A stretch of 64,000 bases of DNA, taken from positions 186,001 to 250,000 of the forward strand of contig OX597825.1 of NCBI GenBank assembly GCA_951406725.2. The letters are read 5' to 3'. The notes under the pieces were generated by a model that worked only from the letters and a program-made list of their open reading frames with translations, did no database searches and was not told where the DNA came from. This document shows positions 25,780 to 37,453 of the stretch, piece by piece. The first letter of the stretch is position 1. Every line of letters starts with the position of its first letter. This DNA is from Octopus vulgaris. Its lineage: Eukaryota. Both the position numbers and the translations under genes were made by a program.

Positions 25780-28300
25780 ATCATCATCATCATCATCGTT
25801 TAACGTCCGCTTTCCATGCTAGCATGGGTTGGATAATGTGGCTTTATTGAGAGAGATCATCATCATTTAACATCTGTTGTCCATGTTGGCATGGGTTGGA
25901 CGGTTCGACTGGGGTCTGAGAAGCCAGGAGGCTGCACCAGGCTCCAGTCTGATCTGGCAGTGTTTCTACAGCTGGATGCCCTTCCTAATGCCAACCACTC
26001 CAAAAGTGTAATGAGTGCTTTTATGTGCCAATTATGTAACACCAGTATCTGCCATGACTACGATTTCACTTGGCTTGATGGGCCTTCTACACAAGCACTG
26101 CATTCTACATGCCACCAGCACAAGTACCAGTTACATAACACCAGCATTGACCGAATTGCCTCTGTGAGACCCAATGCTCGAAAGGTGCTAGTTATGCAAC
26201 ACCAGCATCAAGCACATTGCCTCCGTGAGGTCCAATACTCGAAAGGTGCTTTTTACATGCCACTGGCTTGAGTGCCAGTGGCATGGCACCAGCACCAGCC
26301 ATGACTACAATTTTACAAGTGTCTGGCTTTCACCAGTTGGCTTTAAATAGCAGATCCAAGTCCGAGATCTCTGGAGATATGTTGTGACTGCAAAGACCCA
26401 ACAAATAATGTGAGTTCATGGCTGCTTCCTGCACCAGTTTTCGCATAGCCCCAGCCCATCCAAAGTACCTTGGATTGCAGAATGACCTGCTGTGCTTGAG
26501 GAGACCTATTGAGTCAAGTACATAACATCAACATCAAAATAAATATCAAATAGAAATTGTAGTTGTGATACCTGTACTGGTGGCACGTAAAAAGCACCAT
26601 CCGAATGTGGCCGATGCCAGCGCCGCCTTGACTGGCTTCTGTGCCAGTGACACGTAAAAAGCACCAACCGATTGTGGCCACTGCCAGCCTCCCCTGGCCC
26701 TTGTGTCAGTGGCACGTAAAAGCACCCACTACACTCATAGAGTGGTTGGCATTAGGAAGGGCATCCAGCTGTAGAAACACTGCCAGATCAGACTAGAGCC
26801 TGGTGCAGCCTCCTGGCTTCTCAGATCCCGGTCGAACCGTCCAACCCATGCTAGCACGGAAAACGGACATTAAACGATGATGATGATGATCCACTCCCAT
26901 CAGCATTGTTTTTATTTTCCAAAAATTTCCTTTGGCTGTTCTTTTCCGGGTTATTGCCTTTACTTCTTGTTTTTCAGATCTTAACTTAAACCCTGCTCCC
27001 TTCTCCATAAGTGAAACCCCATCACATTTGTATTTAGTACATGAAATGCTCTCCTGGGGCACATACTCTCAGTCATAATGAGAACAATTACAAACAGTTT
27101 TCTGAAAAACCCCAACAAACAATAATGTAGTATTTCTGAATTAGTATTAAAAAAATGAACTTTATCCATACAATAGCTAACATGGTTGTATTAGGAAGAA
27201 TATACTGTATTCTAACATGTATAAGGAACCCTTTTTTGTCAAAAATTAGGTTTAAAAAATATGGGAGTTTCTTATACAATGATAGTATTATAATCCCTTA
27301 CAAAACCATTTTTCCAAATTTGAAGCCCCCAAAATTGTGGGGTTCCTTATACATGTTAAAATATGGTATATATTATATATGTCTTCTAATATATAAAATC
27401 CATTCTGTCTGTCTGTCTGTTAGTGCACTTATAACTAGAGTATTGTTCATCCAATCACGCTGAAATTTTAAACATGGATACATGAGAGAGCAGGGCATTC
27501 CGAAATCTAAAAAGATTTTCAAAATTGTGAGTTTCAAAGTGAAAATCACTATTTTATAATCTTTTTGCCATTAAAAGCCACATACCATTTTGCTAGCAAC
27601 AAGAGGAGTGCAGGATGACAGTCAGGCAAAACCGTCACTATGCTCTCTCTTCTTTCCTCTCTGTGTCTCTCTTATGATGTCCGATTCCACTTGAAGTTGT
27701 ATATCATCATCATCATCGTTTAACATCCGTTTTCCATGCTAGCATGGGTTGGATGGTTTGACTGGGGCCTGGGAAGCCAGGAGGCTGCACCAGGCTCCAG
27801 TCTGATCTGGCAGTGTTTCTACAGCTGGATGCCCTTCCTAACGCCAACCACTCCATGAGTGTAGTGGGTGCTTTTTACGGGTCACCGGTACAGGCCAGAG
27901 GAGGCTGGCAAAAGGTCACGATTAGTTGGTGCTTTTACGTGTCACCGACACGGACGCCAGGCGGGCAGCCCTTGCAACTACCATGTTTGGATGGTGCTTT
28001 TTACGTGTCACTGGCACAGGTGTCTTAACTACAATTTCCATTTGATTTTTATCTGGCATCTGCCACGTTCAGACGGTGCTTTTAACGTGTCACTGGCACA
28101 GGTATCTTAACTACAATTTCCATTTGATTTTCATTTTGATGTTGGTATTAACGTACTTGACTCAATAGGTCTCCTCAAGAACAGCAGGTCACTCTACGAT
28201 CCAGCAGGTCACTCTACGAGCAGGCCGTCCTGTGAGCCATAGACTCACTTCATTTGTTGGGTCTTCACAGTCACAGCATATCTCAGAGGTCTCGGTCTTT
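25780..28300. mobile_element. RTE family 1 3' copies (- 25780..26300, + 26360..26890, - 27704..28300)
   Basis: Family terminus and unit arrays. Confidence 0.8.
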
Positions 28301-28779
28301 CATCATATATTTTCTGTTAAAATTCGTTATCAATCAATTATCCTTATCGAGAAGAAACAGTCAAAAGTAACCACCACATACAATCACCGAACATCTCCAC
28401 TGCTTAACACCATCCAAGTTAACCCTCTTTACCTTTACAGCTGACATGAGAAACTACAACAAAAAAAGCAACTGTTTTAATTAAGCAAAAAAGAGAAAAA
28501 AATTGATTGCTATTAAAATGCGTAAAATTTGGGGGTTAACAATCTTAACGCTTAGTTACAGTTTCTGATTCAAACTACATAATAGGCAGAATTATTGGAT
28601 TAAGACTGTAGGGTGTTTTGAGGGATATTTGGCTGCTATTTCTACAAGGTCTGGCTATAGAGGTCTCCCTCGTTGGCTCATACAGACATATATACATGCA
28701 GATAGACATAAAATCGAAATAAAATACTTAAACCAACAGGTGTCAAATACAAAAGCCAAGGTCTATGCAGTGGAAATTT

Positions 28780-29135
28780 CTTGACTTGACTTGAGACAGT
28801 ATTCACCCGGGGTGGTTGAGCTGGCTTCATTCATCCTCAATGCTGCCTCTCTCACAAACCCTGAGCAGGCCTGGCAATTTGAGATTAACGACCGCATGAT
28901 CTCCAACCACTCCTTATTCCAGCGGTGAACGCCATAGATATGGGGGCCTAGGTTGGGTTCCAGATCAGCCTTGACTGTCATCAGCCAAGTTTTTCGTTGT
29001 CCACCACATCGCTTTCGCCAACCCTGAAGGGGAACTGGGGCAATTGCTTCATAGATGAATTCTCCTGGTTGACGACGGAGGGCATGACCCAGCCAATGCA
29101 GACTTCTTGCCTAATGCGAGCCCAGAGCAATCTCT
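28780..29135 (-). mobile_element. RTE family 3 3' fragment with (TCAAG)n tail
   Basis: Minus strand: LHWLGHALRR...GWRKRCGGQRKTW...RWNKEW...SSTTPG, then tcaagtcaagtcaag. Confidence 0.75.
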
Positions 29136-29965
29136 TAAATCTTACATTATTTCAGTATTACATCTCTATTGTAATGTGAGATAATACTTTCAGTTTGAAA
29201 GATGTCTGTCGTATATACATATATATAAATAATATTAGGGTAATAAGAATTATAGAAATTATTATTACCAGTGGCCTAGCACAAAAAAAATTAGTCAATA
29301 GACTATATATTATTCACATAAAAATATCATGTACATTAAAGCACATTAAGAGGCTTCCAAATAGGAAAGCCTTGTGCTAGAAAGAGCAGTAGAAAACTCA
29401 AACCACTAATTAGGGATGAATTCTTTTGAGAATTCTTTCGCCTCTTAATGTGTTTTAAGAATTCTTTAAGCCTCTTAATGTGTTTTAATGTACACGATAT
29501 TTATATATATATTCCACAAGCATTCCAAAACCAAGTTAAAGATTTTGATGTATGGCATACCAAAAGATTCAGTACTTTTTCGGCTACAAATTAAACACTT
29601 AATTTCCATTCACATATTTGTATTTCAAAAATTTAACACTATAATCTTTTCCACAAGTCAACTATCGTAAAAATTTTATACCATGACATCACATTTTTTA
29701 TATGTGTGTGTACCTTAAAAGACATCAATCATCATGACACACACCTTCACTCACTCTATCTCTCTTTCTCACTCTCTTTGTCTCTTACACACACACACAC
29801 CCATTTCATATAGACGTACAAACATCTTTCGCTTCCTTTCTGTCCTTTTCGCTTACTCTTCTTTCAATTTCTGCTCTCTTCACATAAATTTTTATGAATA
29901 CAACTGCTTACAAAAATAGGTATTAATGTATAATTTGTTTCTTTGTTCATAATTTTTTGTTTACA

Positions 29966-31672
29966 ATCATCATCATCATCATCGTTTAATGTCTGCTTTC
30001 CATGCTAGCATAGGTTAGACGATTTTGACTGAGGGCTGGCGAACCAAACAGCTGCACAAGGCTCCAATCTTGATCTGGCAGAGATTCTACAGCGGGATGC
30101 CTATCCTAACGCCAACCACTCTAAGAGTGTAGTGGGTGCTTTTTACATGCCACCGGCACGGGGGCCAGTCAGGCGGTACTGGCAATGACCTCGCTCGAAT
30201 CTTTTTACACATACCACCAACACAGGTGCCAGTAAGGCTACGTTGGTAACGATCACGCTCGAATGGTGCCATTTTATGTGCCACGGCACGGGGGCCAGTC
30301 AGGCGGTACTGGCAATGACCCCACTCGAATCTTTTTACACATGCCACCGGCACAAGTGCCAGTAAGGCAACGTTGGTAACGATCACACTCAAATGATGCC
30401 CTTTTACATGCCACCGGCATGGAAGCCAGTTGTTTGCTCTGGCAACGATCACACTTGGATGGTGCTCTTGGCACCCTACTAGCACAGGCACAAGTGCCAG
30501 TAAGGCGATGCTGGTAATGATTACACTCGAATGGTGCCCTTTTATGTGCCACTGGGACGAAAGCACAAGTATAAAGCAAGTGGGGGTTGTAGAAAACTGC
30601 AGGCATAGACAATTTCTTGGCATCCTCACTTTTGACGTAGCAGAATATTCAAGATGTAACAACTGTAGAGAGAGAGAGCTACACTATCTAACTGGTATGC
30701 CCTTCAGTTGAATAAACTGAAGTGTTGTAAAATAAAGTGCCATACTCAAGAATACAATGCATTACCTGGTCTAGGAATCAAGCTCATGACTGTATGATTG
30801 TGACCCCTTATACTCTAACCACTAGGTTAAGATACAAGTATTATCCTGTAACTTAGATACTTTACACCAGTTTTGAATTGCTTTCATGAAGAGAGGTCTT
30901 TGAAACAATTTGCACTGGGGAGATGGCAACCCAGTCTTCTTCAGTAGCACAAATACGTATATCAAGGAAACTGCATTTCAGTATGTCCTTCCCACATAAG
31001 TATAATACAAAGTTCTCAAAGACTCTGCCTTACATTCCCTGGGTTTCTCTTATGGCAAGCTCATATATGTAACATTTACAAAACTACTTTCATTTTGAGC
31101 CTCAGAAACTTTAATGAGACCCTAACCTGTGGCCTATGCCAGGAGCGTAACCAGCCCGCTTATGCATACCTTCTCCTTCTTTGGTCACTAAACTCTGATT
31201 GCGAAGATCTGTTGAGGCAAGTGAAATCAAAATCAAATTCGACGACTGGCATCTGTGCTAGCGGGGTGCAAAGAGCACCATACGAGGGTGATTGTTGATA
31301 GAGCGGCTAACTGGTTTCTGTACCAGTGGCACATAAAAAGGCACCATTCGAGTGTGATCATTACCAGCGTCGCCTTACTGGTACATGTGCCCATGCTAGT
31401 AGGGTGCCAAGAGCACCATTCGAGCGTGATCGTTACCAACATCGCCTTACTGGCACCTGTGCCAGTGGCATGTGTAAAAAGATTCGAGTGAGGTCGTTGC
31501 CACTACCGCCTGACTGGCCCCCATGCCGGTGGCACGTAAAAAGCACCCACTACACTCTCGGAGTGGTTGGCATTAGGAAGGGCATCCAGCTGTAGAAACT
31601 GCCAGATCAAGATTGAGGCCTGGTGCAGCCATCTGGTTCGCCAGCCCTCAGTCAAAATCGTCCAACCCATGC
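29966..31672. mobile_element. inverted pair of RTE family 1 3'UTRs (- 29966..30555, + 31120..31672)
   Basis: Long unit arrays in opposite orientations. Confidence 0.82.
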
Positions 31673-32714
31673 TGAGAAAATCGATTAAAACTATTTCTAA
31701 TGGAATTCCCGTTTGTTCCACCATTAAAACAACCAGTTACTCACACAGCTGGCATATACCATTTCGCTGGCAGCAAAGGGAGTACAGGATGACAGTCAGC
31801 CAAAACTTTCGCTCTCTTATTTCACCTCTTTGTGGGGTTAATAATCTTAATCTTTAGTTAAAGTTTCTCATTAAAACTACATAATAGGCAGAATTGTCGG
31901 ATTAAGACAGTTGGGAGTTTTGAGGGAGATTTGGCTGCTATTTCTACCAAGTCTAGCTACCATGTACAGGTCTGAACTTAATTTTCATTCACATATGCCT
32001 AACCGAAAACGATCACAGCCACATCATCCAAACAGACCAGGTGAAACAGGGCTTAGCTGCTAGTAGATATATTTATGATATTTACCTCGTGAACTACAAG
32101 GAAAATAGTATGAGAAAGATATAGTATATATTTTTTTTGTGCAGGGGTTCCTTGAGACGTAATTTATTTTAAGGGTTATACAAGGATAAAAAGGTTGAGA
32201 AACACTGAGCTAATGGCAAATGATAGTAACTTGCAGGTTTACAGAGAGAGCACGGTCACTGGATCAGTTAGAAATAGCAGCCAAATTTCCTTCAAATCAC
32301 CTACACTTAAGACAACCTGCTGTCTTAAATTTGGGCAGGATGGTAAATATAAACAATTGTGAGATTTAGGGTATTTTCTTGACATTTGACTGTACTGGGA
32401 AGATCTAATATGTATGATTTACAGGTAGAGAACGTACAAATGCACGTTCCCATGGCTTTATCGATCGCATTCTCACCTGGAATTGATTTTTGTAATTTTT
32501 TCAAGACTTATACACCCCTGATACCGTCGGTATCTACATATCAAATTTGAGCGCAATTGGATGGAGAATGCCCGAGATCCTAGAAGACACACACAGACAG
32601 ACAGAATGGATTTTATATAATAGATGAATTAGGTCACTATTAGAGAGTTTGGTTTGCTTTTATGGAATAGAAATGGCATATCTTTTCATCTGAATATTGT
32701 TTCTATTTGTTCAG

Positions 32715-32912
32715 CTGATGGCTTCCCAGCACCATGTGTATTCTTCATTGTTCATTCTGTAACCGTTGCTGAAGATAAAGGATTGGTTTGTGCTAGTGAC
32801 AGAGGAAATGGACGTATACAATGCTTTGATTTAAGTGGAAAATTCGATAAGCAAATACATCTGAAAGAGTTTGGCTATGTAATATATTCCGTTGACTATT
32901 GCTATCAGCACG
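32715..32912 (+). CDS. PAM: PAM exon (PAL) DGFPAPCVFFIVHS...CASDRGNGRIQCF...YCYQH
   Basis: ttgttcag|CT...CAC G|gtaaga, phase 1/1; HS Zn ligand and DRxNGRIQCF with the catalytic Arg. Confidence 0.94.
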
Positions 32913-33060
32913 GTAAGAAAAATTTTCTTTTTAACATTTATACAAAACTCACTGCATAAAAGAGAACATAATATTTACTTAATTGAAAGCTTGTGAATAT
33001 TTCTATTGAGACACAATTCAATCTGGGTGTTTTAATTAATTTGGTAAATAATATATAAAG

Positions 33061-33313
33061 ATTCTATTGTGTCTGGGGAGAGTCATTTTCTCTTTGTGCC
33101 TTAATATGTAACACTCACCAGTAAAATTTCCACATATTTCTTATTTTTATTGTCATAAAATTTTCATTGCATTTTCCAAACTATTGAAAAGGTTGCAAGA
33201 TGCAACGAAAATTTTAGGACAATTAAAATAAGAAAAAAATGGAAATTTTACCAGTGAGTGTGTTAAATCATAAGGCATAAAAAGAAAATGACTCTCCCCA
33301 GACACAACAGAAT
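33061..33313. repeat. fold-back element, probable Penelope-like inverted terminal remnant
   Basis: tgtgtctggggagagtcattttc...gaaaatgactctccccagacaca arms; single-arm copies at 40516..40658 and ~2646..2690. Confidence 0.7.
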
Positions 33314-33825
33314 ATGCTTCAACACATGAACTCATATAAAGAATCTTGCAAACCAAATCAAAAAACGAAATATGTAAAGAATTTTGATGAATTTCTTAAA
33401 ATAATTAAATTTTTCTTATGAAATTGGTGTCTGAAATTTAATTTCATCAAAAGTTTGTGCATGAAATTATGAAGGAAATTTTAATTTAGATGTGAACACT
33501 TTTAAAAATTGTGATGCAATTTCAAGAAGGCAAGTGTCAAAATAATTAACATTGCAATAATTAAAATGACTTAAATGAAAGACATAAGAGTATTCAGGTG
33601 AATACTATATATTTCTATGTGCTACTTCATGGTTCTGAGTTCAAATCTATCAGAAATAAACATTTTATCTTTTCTTTTTTACTTGTTTCACTTCTTAAAC
33701 TGCAGCCATGCTGAGACAGATATTATTTTACTTAAACAGATTGACCCCACTATTCTTTTGATTTTTTTTTTCCCTTAAAGCTTGATACTTATTCTGTTGG
33801 TCATTTTTGCTGAACTGCTAAATTA

Positions 33826-35172
33826 TCATCATGATCATCACCGTTTAACGTCCGCTTTCCATGCTAGCATGGGTTGGACGATTTTGACTGAGGGCTGGCG
33901 AACCAGACGGCCGCACCAGGCTCCAATCTTGATCTGGCAGAGTTTCTACAGCTGGATGCCCTTCTTAACGCCAACCACTCCGAGAATGTAGTGGGTACTT
34001 TTACATGCCACCAGCACGGGGCCGGTCAGGCGGTACTGGCAACGACCACGCTTGAATCGTTTTACACATGCCACCTGCACAGGTGCCAGTAAGGCGACGT
34101 TGGTAACGATCACGCTCGAATGGTGCCCTTTTAAGTGCCACCGGCACGGGGGCCAGTCAGGCATTACTTGCAATGACCTCACTTGAATCTTTTTACACAT
34201 GCTACACCGGCACAGGTGCCAGTGAAGCGACGTTGGTAACGATCATGCTCGAATGGTGCCCTTTTACGTGCCACGGCACAGGGGCCAGTCAGGCAACAGA
34301 GACCTAAAAACACCAACACTAGTTGTCAAGTGGTGATGGGGATCAAACACTCACACACTTTCTCTGCAAATTCGCAGACTGCCCATGCACACACACACAC
34401 ACACATGAAAGCCCTCTCCCTTTATGCTAGTTGATAGTTGCTTCATATTTGACATTACTCTTCCCTCACAAATTGCTAGACTCTTGTAGTTGCATGCAAT
34501 TTCTCAGTTTTCTTTCTCCTGGTCAGGTTGTCAGATAAAAGTGTCACCATTTCTGGCAACAGGAGGTGGGATATGGACTCAGAAAGCACAGAGCTGCAAT
34601 AGATATTATCATCAGATCTTCACAAGAGATGATACAAGTGGTAATTTCCCATATATTTGTACTTTGGTTGGATGACGCTTCCACGAGAGATTTTGAGCTC
34701 TCATAAGGAGGCGAGTGTAAGTTCCATCCAACTGCCTCTCAATCTTCTTTGATAATGTCCAGGTTTCTGAGCCATATAGTAGAATTGGTTCAACTGTGGC
34801 TTTATGGGAGGACAAAGAATAATATGGAAACAATGATGATGATATTCAAAGAACTTCACTAATCTACCAGTTTGATCCTTTGTTATCAATACTGAAAGGA
34901 TCGTCATCATTGTTTAACGTCCGTTTTCCATGCTAGCATGGGTTGGACGGTTCAACCGGGGTCTGGGAAGCCAAGAGGTTGCACCAGGCCCCAGTCTGGA
35001 TTGGTAGTGTTTCTACAGCTGGATGCCCTTCCTAATGCCAACCACTCCATGAGTGTAGTAGGTGGTTTTTACGTGCCACCGGCACAGAAACCAGTCGCGG
35101 CGCTGGCAATGGCCACGTTCGGATGGTTCTTTTTACGTGCCACCAGCACTGGTATCACAACTACAATTTCCG
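33826..35172 (-). mobile_element. RTE family 1 copies (33826..34295, 34902..35172) and a family 2 fragment (34617..34805)
   Basis: Homology to the other copies in the window. Confidence 0.8.
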
Positions 35173-35659
35173 CAAGCCTTGGGGAAAAAAAAAGAGTTAA
35201 ACTACATCAGCCGTAAAGGAATACAAGTCTATCTTATCTAACTCGTTCCACCAATTGATATCTGAAAAGTTCGATGAAATAATTCGTGAACACTGCGATA
35301 GCTTCTAACAAAAGATGTTCTGTTACACAACGACCGGTCTGAACAAGGGGAGATAATAGAAAAAGACTCATTCGTTTATTATCTCCCCTTGTTCAGACCG
35401 GTCGACGACGTAAATATGTTGAAGCATCTTTTTGTAGAAGCTATCGCAGTGTTCATAAGTTATTTCATCGAACTTTTCAGATATCAATTGGTGGGCTCTA
35501 CTGGACGAGTTAGATAAGATAGACATGCATTCCCTTACGGCTGATGTAGTTTAACTCTTTTTTTTCCCCAAGGCTTGAGCACCAATTGAAAAATTCAAAT
35601 TTGATTGCAAAGAATTCAAATTTGAAGGCAAAGAATCCAAACTAGATCGAAAACATCTA
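35173..35659. mobile_element. palindromic fold-back MITE, left end truncated at an RTE copy
   Basis: Near-perfect inverted arms; same family as 48036..48633. Confidence 0.82.
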
Positions 35660-35789
35660 CAATAGTATACAGCCCAGTGTAGAATGTATTTATAACGACT
35701 TAGTTTTTCAATAAAACTTTCGAGATCCTTTTAAACTGTTTAGATATGTTATGATTTGCACCTTATTTGTGAGATTATATTTATTACAG

Positions 35790-35902
35790 GTGGAATTTTA
35801 TTTGCTGTGAATGGTCCACGAAACCACACCAAGAAACCTTGTAAAGTGTTTGCCATTGACATAAAAACAGGCATATTGCTATCCTCATGGAACTGTCCAA
35901 AG
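35790..35902 (+). CDS. PAM: PAM exon (PAL) GILFAVNGPRNHTKKPCKVFAIDIKTGILLSSWNCPK
   Basis: ttattacag|GT...CCAAAG|gtttgt, phase 1/0; LFAVNG motif. Confidence 0.92.
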
Positions 35903-36206
35903 GTTTGTATTGGTTTTGATAATCTGTATATATATAAGGCAGGATCTGTGTGTGTGTACGTGATTGTAGTTTATGCACATCCAGAAATTAGCACACATGT
36001 CGCTCAAATTTTAGGAGGACATTTGTCACGACCATAGCTGTATTTTCATCAAATTATTTTCCTCTGAGGCACCCGTGAATAGTGGTAAATAATTTTGAGC
36101 CATAACTTCAATCTTCACGTCGGAGAAATCCACTGTAGTGACGCCACAAGCATTTATGCGTACAAAACAGTTGCATGCAATGTGTGTGCTGACCGTACAT
36201 ATATAT

Positions 36207-36595
36207 ATATATATATAAAGCTAAAGTTGCCAGTGTATGGCAGGTTTGGTAGCCTTCAACTAACACTATCTCCTCCGAGACCCTGCAGCGGAAGTTGGCC
36301 AAAATCGAGAGTATGATAGAAGAAGGCTTGCTCTTCCTTCCGTAGGAGAGAAAATTCAAATCGGACCATGTTAACACCAAAAATTATTTACATCAAAAAG
36401 GTGCTTTTTTTCTATGAAAATCCCTATTTTTTACGATTTTTTGACTGCTGTGTTGCCATTTTTCGGTGTATTTCAACCAGAAAAATGATCACTTAAAGAG
36501 AATAATGAGCTACATAATGCAAAATTTTTCCTTTTCAAAAATTTCTATTCTAAAGGGTCGAAACAAACCCGAGCAATGCCAGGCAATACTGCTAG
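36207..36595 (+). mobile_element. non-autonomous Helitron
   Basis: 3' end cccgagcaatgccagg-caatactg-CTAG|t; homolog of 4585..4941. Confidence 0.78.
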
Positions 36596-36722
36596 TGTTA
36601 GTTAAAAAGAATGTTTCCTTGTTTTCTCTACCTGTGCCATCATCATCAGCAACACTATCAGTCATCACCTACATCGCCATTCTTTCATTTGTTTCATGTG
36701 TTTTCCATACTAGAAATGGTTA

Positions 36723-37390
36723 GTGAAGGCACATGGTTCAGTGGTTAGAGTGTTGAGCTTACAATCGTGAGTTCGATTCTCGGACCAGACTGCATATTGT
36801 GTTCTTGAGCAAGACACTTTATTTCACATTGCTCCAGAAATGAGTTGCGACGTCACAGGTGCCAAGCTGTATCGGCCCCTTTGCCTTTCCCTCGGTTAAC
36901 ACTGGTGGCGTGGAGAGGGGAGGCTGGTATGCATGGGCGACCACTGGTCTTCCATAAACAAGCTTGCCCGGACTTGTGCCTTAGAGGGTAACTTTCTAGG
37001 TGCAATCCCGTGGTCGGTCATGACCAAAGGGGGCCTCCTCCATATATATATATAGTGAAGGCACATGGCTCAGTAGTTAGAGCATCGAGCTTACGATTGT
37101 GAGGTTGTGAGTTTGATTCTCGGACTGGGCTGCGCGTTGTGTTCTTGAGCAAGACACTTTATTTCACGTTGCTCCAGTTCACTCAGCTGTAGAAATCAGT
37201 TGCGGCGTCACTGGTGCCAAACTGTATTGGTCTTTGCCTTTCCCTTGGATAACATCAGTGGCATGGAGAGGGGAGGCCGGTATGCATGGGCAACTGCTGG
37301 TCTTCCATAAACAATCTTGCCCGGACTTGTGCCTGGGAGGGTAACCTTCTAGGTGTAATCCCATGGTCAGTCATGACCGAAGGGGGTCTC
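36723..37390 (+). mobile_element. tandem dimer of tRNA-derived SINE family B
   Basis: Two head-to-tail copies (36723..37040, 37054..37390) with A-box-like tggctcagtagttag and B-box-like gagttcgattc, separated by (TA)n. Confidence 0.82.
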
Positions 37391-37453
37391 AGCAAAATGG
37401 TTAGACAGGAGAAATAGTTGAGGCAGGATTTTTTATAGCAGGTTGTTCATTTT

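Noticed and set aside
30135-30555. CRISPR-like repeat/spacer array
   Set aside because: Spacers recur within and between copies, the arrays lie in LINE 3'UTRs of an intron-containing animal locus, and there are no cas genes.
36723-36790. possible tRNA genes (also 25016, 37054, 53607)
   Set aside because: A/B-box heads run into SINE bodies and I could not fold a full cloverleaf.
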